NCBI GenBank assembly: GCA_965213715.1
Contig: OZ243914.1
Location: 322,964 to 386,963, forward strand
Reading direction: 5' to 3'
From: Nitrospirales bacterium
GTDB taxonomy: Bacteria > Nitrospirota > Nitrospiria > Nitrospirales > UBA8639
Length of the DNA stretch: 64,000 nt
Shown here: in pieces, positions 20,600 to 31,853 of the stretch
How positions within the stretch are numbered: position 1 is the stretch's first letter
Layout: every line of letters begins with the position of its first letter
Made by a program: the position numbers and the translations under genes
The notes under the pieces: model-generated
Told to the model about the DNA's origin: nothing
Databases searched by the model: none
What the model saw: the letters and a program-made list of their open reading frames with translations, nothing else

Positions 20600-21319
20600 C
20601 TAGGTCGTCGTCTGTTTTTTGTCTTGCCCGTTCACGGTTGCGTCGATCATGGCGCGGAACAATAATTGCCCGTCTTCGTTGTTCAACAGGGCTTCTGCGC
20701 AGCGTTCCGGATGCGGCATGAGGCCCAACACGTTGCCGGCCGCGTTGCAAATCCCGGCAATATTGTCCAGAGAACCGTTGGGATTAGCTTGTTCCGTAGC
20801 CACTCCATCCACTCCGCAATACCGGAACACGACTTGGGCATTGGCTTGAATCGCAGCCAAGGTCAGGGGATCGGTATGATAGTTGCCCTCCGCATGGGCA
20901 ATGGGCAACCGGATCACCTGTCCGGATTCATAGTGCCGCGTAAACGGGGTATCGGCATTTTCCACTTTTACGCAGACGTCGTCGCATATAAAGGAAAGTC
21001 CGACGTTAGGCAGCATGGCCCCAGACAATAACCCCGCTTCGAGGAGAATCTGAAACCCGTTGCAGATTCCCAGGACCAATCCGCCGGTCCGGGCGAATTC
21101 CTGAACGGCGTGCATAATCGGCGAGAGTTGCGCGATAGCCCCGCTACGCAGGTAATCCCCGTACGAAAAGCCGCCGGGCAGGATGACGGCATCCAGGTCA
21201 CCCAGGGACCTATCGCCATGCCAGATGAAGTTGACGTCCTGACCCAGCACATTGGCCAGGACATGTGCACAATCGCGATCACAGTTGGATCCGGGAAAAA
21301 CGACGACGCCCCATTTCAT
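20600..21319 (-). CDS. purQ: phosphoribosylformylglycinamidine synthase, glutaminase subunit
   Basis: The motifs [23 protein letters not shown] and MPHPER are present. Confidence 0.93.
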   Translation of the reverse strand: MKWGVVVFPGSNCDRDCAHVLANVLGQDVNFIWHGDRSLGDLDAVILPGGFSYGDYLRSGAIAQLSPIMHAVQEFARTGGLVLGICNGFQILLEAGLLSGAMLPNVGLSFICDDVCVKVENADTPFTRHYESGQVIRLPIAHAEGNYHTDPLTLAAIQANAQVVFRYCGVDGVATEQANPNGSLDNIAGICNAAGNVLGLMPHPERCAEALLNNEDGQLLFRAMIDATVNGQDKKQTTT

Positions 21320-21582
21320 GAGGAATGCCGCGAGGGGTGGGGTTCCAACTCGTATTGATATTCTTCGATAACCGTGTTGGCGAGGAGCGTTTCACACATG
21401 GCCTTGAGTTGCGCTTCCGCCTCAACCGGATCATCCTGGTTCAATTCAATTTCCAGAAACTTTCCCACGCGGACGTCGGTCACGCCGGCAAACCCCAGGG
21501 TTCCCAACGACTGCTGGATGGCCCTGCCCTGCGGGTCCAAAATGCCTGATTTCAAGGTCACGTGAATTTTGGCCCTGATCAT
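21316..21582 (-). CDS. purS: phosphoribosylformylglycinamidine synthase subunit PurS
   Basis: The 88-aa product has [22 protein letters not shown]. It lies between purB and purQ with overlapping stops and starts. Confidence 0.9.
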   Translation of the reverse strand: MIRAKIHVTLKSGILDPQGRAIQQSLGTLGFAGVTDVRVGKFLEIELNQDDPVEAEAQLKAMCETLLANTVIEEYQYELEPHPSRHSS

Positions 21583-22925
21583 GGGCGAGTTCCACCTTTG
21601 CGTCTGGGCTTGATTTTCAAAGAGACGGCCTTTGAGCCAAAGACCCGCCGGTAGACTTCATTCAGGTGACGAACGTACCATTCGGGATCGAAGCAGGATT
21701 GGATGTCGGCTTGCGTCAACGTTCTGAAGATCAACCGGTCTTCAGAGATGAGATCGTGAAAAGACTTCCCTTTTTCCCAGGCTTTCATGGCGTTCCGTTG
21801 AACCGCTTCATACGCGACTTTACGTTCGACGCCACGATCGACCAACGCCAGCAACACGCGTTGTGAATACACCAACCCGCCCGTCCGGTTTAAATTTTCC
21901 AACATCCTTTCCGGATACACCATCAGGTTCTTGAGGAGTTGGGTGAGACGCACGAGCATATAATCAATCAAAATCGTACTGTCCGGGATAATAATACGCT
22001 CGACTGAAGAATGGCTGATGTCACGTTCGTGCCACAAGGCCACGTTTTCCAACGCGGCCAGACCGTTGGCTCGAATGACCCGGGCAAGCCCGCAGAGATT
22101 TTCAGATCCCACCGGATTCCGTTTATGCGGCATGGCGGATGACCCTTTTTGCCCGGCGCTAAAATATTCCTCGGCTTCCAGGACTTCGGTTCGCTGGAGA
22201 TGACGAATTTCCGTCGCCACTTTTTCGATACTCGCGGCCACAAGGGCCAAGGCGCCGAGAAACGCGGCGTGCCGGTCCCGTTGCACGACCTGGTTGGAAA
22301 CCGCAGCCGGTTTCAACCCCAGCTTCGCACAGGTGACTTTTTCAATGCGCGGCGGCAGGTGCGCGAACGTGCCCATGGCCCCGGACAACTTCCCAACGGC
22401 AACGTCCTCTCCGGCGGCCACCAGCCGCTTGCGTTGCCGCTTGAATTCCTCGTACCAGATGGCAAATTTGAAACCCAGGGAGACCGGCTCACCGTGTATG
22501 CCGTGAGACCGCCCGACCATCATCGTTTTCCGGTGCGCGAAGGCCTGATCTTGCAACACCGTCAACAAGGCGTCCAGGTCTTCCAGGATGATGCCCACCG
22601 CCTCGACCAATTGAAGAGCCAGCCCCGTATCGAGTACGTCGGAGGAGGTCAGCCCCACGTGCAAATGACGGGCCGGCGGACCGGCCTGTTCGGCAACGGA
22701 TTCCAAAAACGCAATGACGTCATGTTTGGTGACCCGTTCGATTTCTTCAATACGGCCGGGATCCAAGGTCACTTTTCGCTTGACCCGCCGGGCCATGCCC
22801 CGCGGAACGTCGCCGGCTTCTTCACGCGCTTCACACGCGGCCAACTCAACGTGCAGCCAGGTTTCATATTTTCGCTGGGGAGTCCAGATGGCCCCCATAC
22901 GGGGCAAGGTATAGCGTGCAATCAT
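21579..22925 (-). CDS. purB: adenylosuccinate lyase
   Basis: It has the fumarate-lyase signature SSAMPHKRNP, the segment LTSSDVLDT, and a typical length. Confidence 0.93.
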   Translation of the reverse strand: MIARYTLPRMGAIWTPQRKYETWLHVELAACEAREEAGDVPRGMARRVKRKVTLDPGRIEEIERVTKHDVIAFLESVAEQAGPPARHLHVGLTSSDVLDTGLALQLVEAVGIILEDLDALLTVLQDQAFAHRKTMMVGRSHGIHGEPVSLGFKFAIWYEEFKRQRKRLVAAGEDVAVGKLSGAMGTFAHLPPRIEKVTCAKLGLKPAAVSNQVVQRDRHAAFLGALALVAASIEKVATEIRHLQRTEVLEAEEYFSAGQKGSSAMPHKRNPVGSENLCGLARVIRANGLAALENVALWHERDISHSSVERIIIPDSTILIDYMLVRLTQLLKNLMVYPERMLENLNRTGGLVYSQRVLLALVDRGVERKVAYEAVQRNAMKAWEKGKSFHDLISEDRLIFRTLTQADIQSCFDPEWYVRHLNEVYRRVFGSKAVSLKIKPRRKGGTRP

Positions 22926-22981
22926 CGAATCGTTCTGTCCGTCTTCAACCGGCTCCGAATGGACGTCCTCTCGATTACCCG

Positions 22982-23467
22982 CTAGTGGGCAATTGCGTCG
23001 CGTTTGGGCTCGAGGCGCGCATCGTGTTTGATGAGTTGATCCAACACGCCATTCACGAATCGTCTGGTCTCGTCGTCCGCAAAGTCCTTTGCCAATTCAA
23101 GGGCTTCATCCACCGTGACCTTCGCCGGCACGTCAGGCACCCAAAGCAATTCATAGATCGCTTGTCGCAAAATATTGCGATCCACCACGGGCATACGATC
23201 GACGGTCCAGTTTCGTGCATAGGCGGCAATCATCTCGTCGAGTTCGACTTGATGGATCCGAACGCCGGCGACCAGTTCAGACGTAAAGGTCCTGACCGAT
23301 TCCGACGCATCCCGTTGCGTCCAGAATTGTTCCAGCCAGAATTCGGTAGATCCGTGAAAATCACATTGAAACAGAATCTGAAGGGCCAATTCACGCGCAT
23401 CGTGCCGCGTATATCCTCGTCGAGGTTCGGAGGATGAGTCTTCTTCTTGTGTCACGTTCGCGGACAT
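22982..23467 (-). CDS. nusB: transcription antitermination factor NusB
   Basis: The segments ARELALQILFQ and DRMPVVDRNILRQAIYELL are present. It is in the conserved ribH-nusB order. Confidence 0.9.
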   Translation of the reverse strand: MSANVTQEEDSSSEPRRGYTRHDARELALQILFQCDFHGSTEFWLEQFWTQRDASESVRTFTSELVAGVRIHQVELDEMIAAYARNWTVDRMPVVDRNILRQAIYELLWVPDVPAKVTVDEALELAKDFADDETRRFVNGVLDQLIKHDARLEPKRDAIAH

Positions 23468-23473
23468 GTGTGT

Positions 23474-23974
23474 TCAGATGTACCGGAAGCCGGTTGGCTT
23501 TCGATTGCTGTCGTGCAATTCTTTCATGAGAGTCGCCATCTCAATAGCCGTACGCGCGGCTTCCCTGCCCCGGTTGACTTCAGTGGTAGCGGCCCGGGCC
23601 AATGCCTCTTCCGCGGTATTCGTGGTCAAGACGCCGAAGATGACGGGAATGCCCGTTTCCCATGAGGCTCGGGCAATGCCCCGGCTCATTTCCGCACTAA
23701 TGAAATCAAAATGAGGGGTCTCTCCCTTGATGACGGCCCCCAAACACATCACGGCATCGAACTGTTTGGATTGGGCCAACTGCCTGGCCACCAACGGAAT
23801 TTCAAACGCCCCGGGAACACGGACGACGTGAATGTTGTCTTCGGGCGCACCCTGTTGTTTGAGCGTTTCGAGCGCGGCGGCTTCCAAGCGCCCGGTGACG
23901 AATTCATTGAATTTGCTGACCACGATGCCGAATCGCAGGTCCCCGGCATTCAGATTTCCTTCAATAGAATTCAT
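23474..23974 (-). CDS. ribH: 6,7-dimethyl-8-ribityllumazine synthase
   Basis: The segments FGIVVSKFNEFVT, VRVPGAFEIP and KGETPHFDFI are present. Confidence 0.93.
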   Translation of the reverse strand: MNSIEGNLNAGDLRFGIVVSKFNEFVTGRLEAAALETLKQQGAPEDNIHVVRVPGAFEIPLVARQLAQSKQFDAVMCLGAVIKGETPHFDFISAEMSRGIARASWETGIPVIFGVLTTNTAEEALARAATTEVNRGREAARTAIEMATLMKELHDSNRKPTGFRYI

Positions 23975-24045
23975 GGGAATGTGCGGGCGGGGCCCCTCAC
24001 CCTGTCCTCTCCCGCCGGGGGAGAAGGTTAACGGCAGTTGACCCG

Positions 24046-25299
24046 TCAGACGTTGTTTAAAATGTGCCCCAGTTTGCTTTTTTTCGTTCGAAGGTAATGA
24101 ACGTTCGTTTCCTGGGGATCGATTTCAATGGGGACCCGTTCGACGACCTCCAAGCCGTAGCCTTCGATCCCCACGATCTTCCGGGGGTTATTCGTCATGA
24201 GACGGATCTGCCTGAGTCCCAACGTGACCAGGATCTGCGCACCGATACCGTAATCCCGCAAGTCCGGTTTAAATCCCAGCTTGAGGTTGGCCTCAACCGT
24301 GTCGCTGCCCTGATCCTGGAGATGGTACGCTTTGATTTTATTCAACAACCCGATGCCTCTCCCCTCCTGGTTCAAGTACAGCAACACCCCCTTGCCTTCC
24401 TTCTCGATAACGGTCATGGCACGATGGAGTTGATCGCGACAATCGCACCGCAAGGAGCCGAAGACGTCCGACGTGAGGCAGCCGGAGTGCACGCGGACCA
24501 GTGTGGGCGATTCATCAATGCGGCCTTTAACCAGAGCGATGTGCGTGCCGCTATCCAGCTCATTCTCAAAGACCCAGGCTTCAAAATTCCCAAAAATCGT
24601 GGGCAACTCCGCACTCACGGATTTTTTGACGAACGTCTCACGCGACAACCGATGTTGAATCAGGTCCTTGATGGTAATGATCTTGAGGGCATGTCGTTTG
24701 GCAAAAGCCATCAAGTCGGGCACCCTGGCCATGGTTCCGTCGTCGTTCATGATTTCGCAAATGACCCCTGCCGGATACCTGCCGGCCATCCGGGCCAAAT
24801 CAACCGACCCTTCGGTTTGCCCTGCCCGCTTCAACACGCCACCATGATGAGCCCGCAAAGGAAAAATGTGCCCCGGTCTCGTGAAATCCGAAGGCTTGCA
24901 TGAGGGATCGACAGCCATGCGAATCGTCGTCGCCCGGTCGGCCGCCGAAATCCCCGTCGTCACGTCTCGCGAGGCATCGATGGACACGGTAAACGCCGTA
25001 CCGAACGGCGCGGTATTTTCCGCAGTCTGGGGATGCAAATTCAATTGATCCGCCCGGTCGGACGTCAAGGTCAGGCAGATGAGCCCCCGGGCATGTATGG
25101 CCATGAAATTGACGGCTTCCGGGGTCACGGATTCGGCGGCGATCACCAAGTCACCTTCGTTTTCGCGATCCTCATCGTCTACCAGGATCACGAATTTCCC
25201 GGCATGAATGTCCGCAAGGGCTTCATCGATGGTATTGAAAACAGATGTCATGGATGCGATCCCTATGTGGGCCGTTGTTCTTTTGTTCTCCTGAACCAA
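24046..25299 (-). CDS. ribBA: bifunctional 3,4-dihydroxy-2-butanone-4-phosphate synthase / GTP cyclohydrolase II
   Basis: [11 protein letters not shown] marks the DHBP synthase domain and [21 protein letters not shown] the GCH-II zinc site. The likely start [12 protein letters not shown] is at 25251. Confidence 0.93.
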   Translation of the reverse strand: MVQENKRTTAHIGIASMTSVFNTIDEALADIHAGKFVILVDDEDRENEGDLVIAAESVTPEAVNFMAIHARGLICLTLTSDRADQLNLHPQTAENTAPFGTAFTVSIDASRDVTTGISAADRATTIRMAVDPSCKPSDFTRPGHIFPLRAHHGGVLKRAGQTEGSVDLARMAGRYPAGVICEIMNDDGTMARVPDLMAFAKRHALKIITIKDLIQHRLSRETFVKKSVSAELPTIFGNFEAWVFENELDSGTHIALVKGRIDESPTLVRVHSGCLTSDVFGSLRCDCRDQLHRAMTVIEKEGKGVLLYLNQEGRGIGLLNKIKAYHLQDQGSDTVEANLKLGFKPDLRDYGIGAQILVTLGLRQIRLMTNNPRKIVGIEGYGLEVVERVPIEIDPQETNVHYLRTKKSKLGHILNNV

Positions 25300-25375
25300 G
25301 GCAATCTCTAAGTTATGGGGTTTCCAGTCGCCTTGTCAATACAAAGTCCGTGACGCGCGGCTTCGAAAAGAGGAA

Positions 25376-26611
25376 TCAAGAGCCCTCCTCCTTTATCGAA
25401 AAAGCCAGGGATCGTTGAATGTAGGTCACGCTGATTGTGGCAATCCCGGTCAGGACGACGAAGACGAGAAATCCACTTGCGTACGTCCCCGTTACGTCCT
25501 TTAACAGACCGAACCAGAACGGAAGAAAGAATCCGCCGAGCCCACCGGCTGCTCCGATAAAACCCGAAGCCGTCCCCATGATGTTCCTATAGCGTAACGA
25601 CGCCACCTGAAAGACCACTCCGTTTCCAAATCCCAACAAAAGAAGGGTCATCACCGTCAAGGGAAAAGCCCAAAAGGGAGGCGGCAACCATGCCAGCAGG
25701 ATGCACAGCCCCCCGATAGCCGGCAATCCGACCTGAAGCAAGTTGAGTCCGCCGACCCGGTCGGCCCAGTGACCGCCGACCGGCCTGGCGATACTTCCCG
25801 CCAATCCGCAGAACGCCGTCAGGCTCCCGGCAGCGACCATATCCAAGCCATACTGATCGTGGAAGAAAATGGGCAAAAAACTCGAAAACCCGACGAATCC
25901 GCCGAATGTCACTCCGTAAAAAAAACACAGCCACTGCATGAACCGCTCCTGATACACGGTACGAAATGAGCCGGCCAACCCCTTCCCTTGCTGCTTTTGC
26001 AAGGGGCGTTCTTGAACCAACAGCGCAAACAGGATGGCCGCGAGTAGAACCGGGACAATCATCAGACCGAAAACTCCGTGCCATCCAATGTGCATCGCCA
26101 GGCGCGGCGCAAAGAACGTAGCAAGAAGCACTCCGCTGTTTCCTGTCGCGGCAATACCCATCGCCAGCCCTTGATGTTCCGGTGGATACGCGCGGCTCGC
26201 CACGGGCAGCGCTACGGCAAAACTCGCGCCTGCCGCCCCCAGCAAAAACCCGACCCCGAACATTTGGGCATAGCTTTGCCCGAACAGCCAGCCCAGAACC
26301 AATGCCACCACTTCGACCCCGAGAATGCCGAGGCCCACTCGTTTCGCACCGAACTGATCCGTGAACGGCCCAACCACGATGCGCAACAAGGCTCCGCCAA
26401 GTAAGGGCGTGGCAACCAACAGCCCTTTCTGTGTGGCGCTTAACGCGAAATCCTCCGCAATGGCAATGCCCAATGCGCCGATCAACAGCCAAACGACGAA
26501 ACTCACTTCGAAATGAAGCCACGCCCCCAATAACGAAGGCCAATGACCACTTTTCAGGGCATTCTTGAGGACGTATGGAGTCATAGGCAAACGCGGATCA
26601 AAAGAGTACAC
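25376..26611 (-). CDS. MFS transporter, nitrate/nitrite porter (NNP)-like
   Basis: It has about 12 TM helices. The segments GGALLRIVVGPFTDQFGAKR and GIAATGNSGVLL resemble NNP signature regions. The 318-aa ORF in another frame (25587-26543) is a shadow. Confidence 0.75.
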   Translation of the reverse strand: MYSFDPRLPMTPYVLKNALKSGHWPSLLGAWLHFEVSFVVWLLIGALGIAIAEDFALSATQKGLLVATPLLGGALLRIVVGPFTDQFGAKRVGLGILGVEVVALVLGWLFGQSYAQMFGVGFLLGAAGASFAVALPVASRAYPPEHQGLAMGIAATGNSGVLLATFFAPRLAMHIGWHGVFGLMIVPVLLAAILFALLVQERPLQKQQGKGLAGSFRTVYQERFMQWLCFFYGVTFGGFVGFSSFLPIFFHDQYGLDMVAAGSLTAFCGLAGSIARPVGGHWADRVGGLNLLQVGLPAIGGLCILLAWLPPPFWAFPLTVMTLLLLGFGNGVVFQVASLRYRNIMGTASGFIGAAGGLGGFFLPFWFGLLKDVTGTYASGFLVFVVLTGIATISVTYIQRSLAFSIKEEGS

Positions 26612-26800
26612 AACCGAAACAGGACATCTCCAAACGACTGCGACTATAAAGCACGGTCATGAACCCTCGCAATTGAAGACGCAAGGGTGAGAGCAACATG
26701 AAAAGTAATATTTTGTGCTTCCTTTATTCAGAGAGTATAATTCTTAAACGATTATCCCATTGCCCGAATTCACTCATTCACTGACATTCCCTCCTCACCC

Positions 26801-26833
26801 AACCCTCTCCCGCGGGGACAGGGAAAAAGCACC
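26801..26833 (+). repeat. REP-like element, family 2 (CTCACCC-AACCCTCTCC-hairpin), copy c
   Basis: CTCCTCACCCAACCCTCTCCCGCGGGGACAGGG lies in the MFS/rpoH divergent intergenic region. Related copies are at 19897-19934, 23992-24026 and 32902-32934, with a reversed copy at 60636-60664. Confidence 0.6.
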
Positions 26834-26861
26834 CTGAGATGGCCCAGCGACAACGACTTAC

Positions 26862-27920
26862 ATGAAAAGCCTGATGCCTTCTTCTCACCAAGACAAAAAC
26901 CGTTCGAGACGGCAAAGAGACCGTCCCCCACAAGAGGAAGATCATTCATCTTCCGTCGAAGCTGAATTGATATTCGGGCCTTCGGAGGAAGACGATCTCT
27001 CCGGCGATGCGGGAGAAGCAAGCGAGGCGGTGGAAGCCGGTGACGCCAAACAAGCCGAATCCACGGAACTTGTCCCCACCACGGCATTGGGGCGGTATCT
27101 CGTTGAAGTCCGTCGCTACCCGTTTCTTTCCAAAGAAGAAGAAATACAACTCTTCCATGAATATCAAGTCATGGGCAGCCGGGACGCGGCGGTCAAACTG
27201 ATCCTGTCCAACCTGCGAGTGTCGGTGGCCATTGCTTCGGAATACGGACATACCGGTGCCGACCAAATGGATCTCATCCAGGAAGGGAACGTCGGGCTGA
27301 TGCAGGCCATCAAAAAATTCGACGTGTCCCGTAGCGTCCGCTTCTACGCGTATGCCGCATGGTGGGTCAGAGCCTATATCCTCCGGTACCTGTTGCAGTC
27401 TCACCGACTGGTCAAGATCGGCACGACCCAGGAACAGCGAAAACTTTTCTACAACCTGAAAAAGGAAAAGGCCAAACTGGAACGGGAAGGATTCGTACCG
27501 GATGCCAAACTCATTGCCGACCGTCTTCAGGTCCGGGAACGGGACGTACTGGAAATGGACCAGCGGTTGGGAAGTTGGGAACTGTCCCTCGACCAGCCTA
27601 TCAGCAAAGACAAGGAAGAAGGGACGTTCCTCGATTTGCTCCCATCCCCCACGCCCCGGGCAGACGATATGCTCGCGAAGAAGGAATTGATGCTGCTGTT
27701 CAGGAAAAAACTCGGAGAATTTTCAAAGACCCTCGACGAGCGCGACGAGGATATCCTGCGGAACCGCTTGTTGTCGGAAACCCCATTGACGCTCGAAGAA
27801 ATCGGCCGGAAATATTCGATCACCAAAGAACGGTCAAGGCAGTTGGAATCTAGAATAATCAATCGGTTACGTGAATTTATGAAAGCTGAATTGCAAGATT
27901 TCGACACTTTGCGGAACTGA
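26862..27920 (+). CDS. rpoH: RNA polymerase sigma-32 factor (RpoH) with a long acidic N-terminal extension
   Basis: An RpoH-box-like QRKLFYNLKKEK is present. Region 2 reads DLIQEGNVGLMQAIKKFD and region 4 reads LTLEEIGRKYSITKERSRQLE. The ~75-aa N-terminal extension is rich in D, E and S. Confidence 0.85.
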   Translation: MKSLMPSSHQDKNRSRRQRDRPPQEEDHSSSVEAELIFGPSEEDDLSGDAGEASEAVEAGDAKQAESTELVPTTALGRYLVEVRRYPFLSKEEEIQLFHEYQVMGSRDAAVKLILSNLRVSVAIASEYGHTGADQMDLIQEGNVGLMQAIKKFDVSRSVRFYAYAAWWVRAYILRYLLQSHRLVKIGTTQEQRKLFYNLKKEKAKLEREGFVPDAKLIADRLQVRERDVLEMDQRLGSWELSLDQPISKDKEEGTFLDLLPSPTPRADDMLAKKELMLLFRKKLGEFSKTLDERDEDILRNRLLSETPLTLEEIGRKYSITKERSRQLESRIINRLREFMKAELQDFDTLRN

Positions 27921-27977
27921 GCCTCCCACTCCCCTGCCACTTCCCTGCCAATCATCCACATTTTTTTGTTTCCGGAG

Positions 27978-28005
27978 CTTGACTTTTGGCAAACAGGCCT
28001 TATCT
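27978..28005 (+). promoter_or_regulatory. sigma-32-type heat-shock promoter upstream of groES
   Basis: CTTGACT (27978-27984), a 13-nt spacer, then CCTTATCT (27998-28005), compared with the consensus CTTGAAA-N13/14-CCCCATNT. No CIRCE (TTAGCACTC-N9-GAGTGCTAA) is seen. Confidence 0.5.
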
Positions 28006-28121
28006 GTTATCTGTTCACTTGACTATTCTATGAAGTCCTCAATTTCAGGATTTCGAAACGCAACCATCCAATTATCACACATCAAAAGCCGAGATTATTA
28101 ACCAAAGGAGGAAGTTATCAC

Positions 28122-28436
28122 ATGGCTACACAAACCAAGGAAAAAGAAGCAGCCAAGGGCACGGCGGCCAAAGGCTTTTTGCCTCTTGGCGACCGCATTT
28201 TCGTGACCTATACGGAAGAACTCGAACGCACGGCCGGAGGCATCTACGTGCCGGATTCCGCCAGGGAAAAACCACAACGGGGAACAGTTGAAGGTGTCGG
28301 AAGAGACGTCAAATCCCTGAAAGTCGGCGATCAGGTCCTCTTCGACAAATATTCCGGAACCAAGATCAGGATCGAAAATGATGATTGCCTGATTCTGAGA
28401 GAGGAAGACATCCTGGGCATCTTTGTCGATTCCTAA
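28122..28436 (+). CDS. groES: co-chaperonin GroES
   Basis: The 104-aa product has PLGDRIFVTYTEELERTAGGIYVPDSAREKPQRGTV. There is an AGGAGG SD. Confidence 0.95.
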   Translation: MATQTKEKEAAKGTAAKGFLPLGDRIFVTYTEELERTAGGIYVPDSAREKPQRGTVEGVGRDVKSLKVGDQVLFDKYSGTKIRIENDDCLILREEDILGIFVDS

Positions 28437-28513
28437 CGATCTTGCTCAAATCCACAAAACACAATCCTACGAAACAAATCTCAAGCATGACTTTAATTTG
28501 ATGGAGGAACATT

Positions 28514-30157
<1,644 letters not shown>

Positions 30158-30184
30158 GCAAGCTGAAGCACTGCCGCTTCTTAA

Positions 30185-30224
30185 CGAAGGCCCGAGGGAA
30201 TGTTCCCTCGGGCCTTCGTTTTTT
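30185..30224 (+). terminator. groEL intrinsic terminator
   Basis: CGAAGGCCCGAGGGA-ATGT-TCCCTCGGGCCTTCG forms a perfect 15-bp stem, followed by T6. Confidence 0.85.
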
Positions 30225-30257
30225 GAGTCGTTGTGCAGGACGCGAAACCTCTCCTCC

Positions 30258-30289
30258 TGTCATCCCCGACCTGATCGGGGATCCAGCGT
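30258..30289 (-). repeat. hairpin repeat P1 (inverted orientation)
   Basis: The reverse complement ACGCTGGATCCCCGA-TCAGG-TCGGGGATGACA has the same flanks as P2 and P3, but the stem is CCCCGA/TCGGGG instead of CCTCGA/TCGAGG. Confidence 0.65.
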
Positions 30290-30425
30290 ATTTCTCTTTT
30301 GCAATTGTAGCGGCACGATCTCATGGCGCCTTCTTCTAAGAAGTTGTTATTTCCATTCCGAGCGAGACGAGGAATCTCGTTGCAATCGTAAGGCTAAAAA
30401 TGGCTATGTCCCCAGTGACATAAAG

Positions 30426-30845
30426 TCACCGCGTCTCCCACGGATTGACCACAGCCACGTTCAGGCCGTCAAAGTCCCTGACGTTGCGGGTCGCTATGGC
30501 GAGGCCATAGGTTTTCGCCGTTCCCGCGATTAGTGCATCACCTAAATCCAGCGTACGTCCGAAACGGTGCGCTTGTGCCCGAAACCGGGCTGCCCACTCT
30601 GCCCCTACCCTCTCCAAAGGCAGGATGCGGTCTTCGTATTCAGCGATGATCCCCAGTAGGTTATCCTGTAGATTGGATCGCCGTTGTCCTTGCGCCAAGC
30701 GCTGCAACCCATATTCCAACTCGTGCATCACAATCGACGACAGCCAGAGGTCGTCGTGTTCGGTGAGGAACGTAACGACCCGGGTGTGCGGAGTGCTTCG
30801 TATGACCTCGGAGACCACGTTCGTATCCAGGAGAAAGCCGTTCAT
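30426..30845 (-). CDS. vapC: PIN-domain toxin VapC
   Basis: The segments MNGFLLDTNVVSEVIR, HELEYG, GDALIAGTA and IATRNVRDF carry the PIN acidic residues. Confidence 0.9.
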   Translation of the reverse strand: MNGFLLDTNVVSEVIRSTPHTRVVTFLTEHDDLWLSSIVMHELEYGLQRLAQGQRRSNLQDNLLGIIAEYEDRILPLERVGAEWAARFRAQAHRFGRTLDLGDALIAGTAKTYGLAIATRNVRDFDGLNVAVVNPWETR

Positions 30846-31123
30846 GCGTCTTCGTCATCAATGAACGGGATCTTCCGATTGGAATGGCGGTCCGGCATTT
30901 CAAGTTCTATCCCGCGCGGCATGTTCTCGACAAGCCACTGCCCCAACGGCTTGCGCGTCGGCGTTTTCGCATCCCATGTGGCGGCGGGTACCACAACGAA
31001 CGACCGACGGGTGCCGATACGTTGCGGTCCTTCCTCTTCGGCGAGACGCAGGATTTCGGACAGTCGCGCCTTGGCCTCGGCCACGGTCCATGTCCGGTCG
31101 GATTTGGCATGTTTGGTAGTCAT
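30842..31123 (-). CDS. vapB: Phd/YefM-type antitoxin (VapB partner)
   Basis: RTWTVAEAKARLSEILRLAEEEGPQRIGTRRSFVVVPAATWD fits the Phd/YefM pattern. The stop overlaps the vapC start (ATGA-type 4-nt overlap). Confidence 0.85.
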   Translation of the reverse strand: MTTKHAKSDRTWTVAEAKARLSEILRLAEEEGPQRIGTRRSFVVVPAATWDAKTPTRKPLGQWLVENMPRGIELEMPDRHSNRKIPFIDDEDA

Positions 31124-31170
31124 ATGACCCCCAATTGATTGCTAATAGTCCAATATAGACCATATTTGAA

Positions 31171-31336
31171 GCTGAATCAAGTCACGCGCTGCGCATTACA
31201 AAACGCCGCGAGCATCACGGAGCTGATGCTGACCACCGAGGTGACCGTGACGGACCTGCCGGAAGAAAAGAAAGAAGCAGCCGGCGGCATGGGCGGCCAT
31301 GACCACGGCATGGGCGGAATGGGCGGCATGATGTAA
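31171..31336 (+). pseudogene. duplicated groEL 3' fragment (last ~52 codons)
   Basis: [52 protein letters not shown] compares with [22 protein letters not shown]... in groEL. Positions 31225-31360 are identical to 30045-30180 except for one base. The track ORF 31139-31336 is an artefactual start fused to this fragment. Confidence 0.9.
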
Positions 31337-31365
31337 GCAAGCTGAAGCACTGCCGCTTCGCATTG

Positions 31366-31405
31366 AAGGCCCGAGGGAGTATTCCCCCGGGCCTTCGTTT
31401 ATTTC
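31366..31405 (+). terminator. degenerate second copy of the groEL terminator
   Basis: GAAGGCCCGAGGGA-GTAT-TCCCCCGGGCCTTC has one stem mismatch and is followed by the interrupted T tract GTTTATTT. Confidence 0.6.
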
Positions 31406-31460
31406 CGCCCCCTCATTTTTGAGGCTTACGCATCATGCATAATCTCACGCTAAATACAAA

Positions 31461-31499
31461 GACGCTGGATCCTCGATTACAAATGTCGAGGATGACAGA
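31461..31499 (+). repeat. hairpin repeat P2
   Basis: GACGCTGGATCCTCGATTACAAATGTCGAGGATGACAGA has the stem ATCCTCGA/TCGAGGAT. It is a direct repeat of P3 with 37 of 39 positions identical. Confidence 0.75.
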
Positions 31500-31522
31500 A
31501 AAAAAACACGCTGGCTGTCGGG

Positions 31523-31849
31523 TTACGCTTCGATCAGGAGCCTACCCTGGCGCTGTCGACGGGGTTCTCGAATGACGATTTGCACGTCACGGCCAAGTGC
31601 CAGCAACAGACGGAGCAGGCGCTCCAAGGAATACTCTCGAAAATTTCCCCGCAGTAGGCGCGACACATCGGGCTGAGACAGGCCCAGCAACTTCGCTGCC
31701 TCGACTTGTTTGAGACCCCGCTGGCGGATGATCTCATCAATGCGGTAGACGAGTTTCGCCTTGAGCAAGTGCGCTTCCGCATCCGGGCGCCCCAGGTCCG
31801 CAAACACGTTTCCGCTGCTGCGTTCGATCTTCATTTTGTCTACCGTCAT
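31523..31849 (-). CDS. higA: XRE-family HTH antitoxin (HigA-like)
   Basis: SSGNVFADLGRPDAEAHLLKAKLVYRIDEIIRQRGLKQVEAAKLLGLSQPDVSRLLRGNFREYSLERLLRLL is the classic pattern of antitoxins paired with Gp49/HigB-like toxins. The start is ambiguous (31879, 31867, 31849 or 31834). Confidence 0.85.
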   Translation of the reverse strand: MTVDKMKIERSSGNVFADLGRPDAEAHLLKAKLVYRIDEIIRQRGLKQVEAAKLLGLSQPDVSRLLRGNFREYSLERLLRLLLALGRDVQIVIREPRRQRQGRLLIEA

Positions 31850-31853
31850 TGCT

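Noticed and set aside
14715-20600. I looked for a direct repeat of the tRNA-Phe 3' end (attR) that would delimit the island.
   Set aside because: I could not find any match of 12 bp or more to GGCAGTTCGATTCTGCCCCTCGGCACCA by eye. A GGTTCGATCC at ~20192-20201 lies inside the yafQ coding sequence and looks coincidental. A computational repeat search is needed.
25300-25375. I looked for an FMN riboswitch upstream of ribBA.
   Set aside because: There are only 76 nt (124 with the internal start) between ribBA and the upstream MFS gene's stop. No FMN-element conserved segments are visible.
27921-28513. I looked for a CIRCE/HrcA operator in front of groES or groEL.
   Set aside because: No TTAGCACTC-N9-GAGTGCTAA-like inverted repeat is present in either intergenic region.
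31139-31336. The 65-aa [24 protein letters not shown]... was considered as an independent small protein gene.
   Set aside because: Its last ~52 codons are a copy of the groEL C-terminus. The first 13 codons are fortuitous read-in from the vapB promoter region. It has no SD and was treated as a pseudogene fragment.
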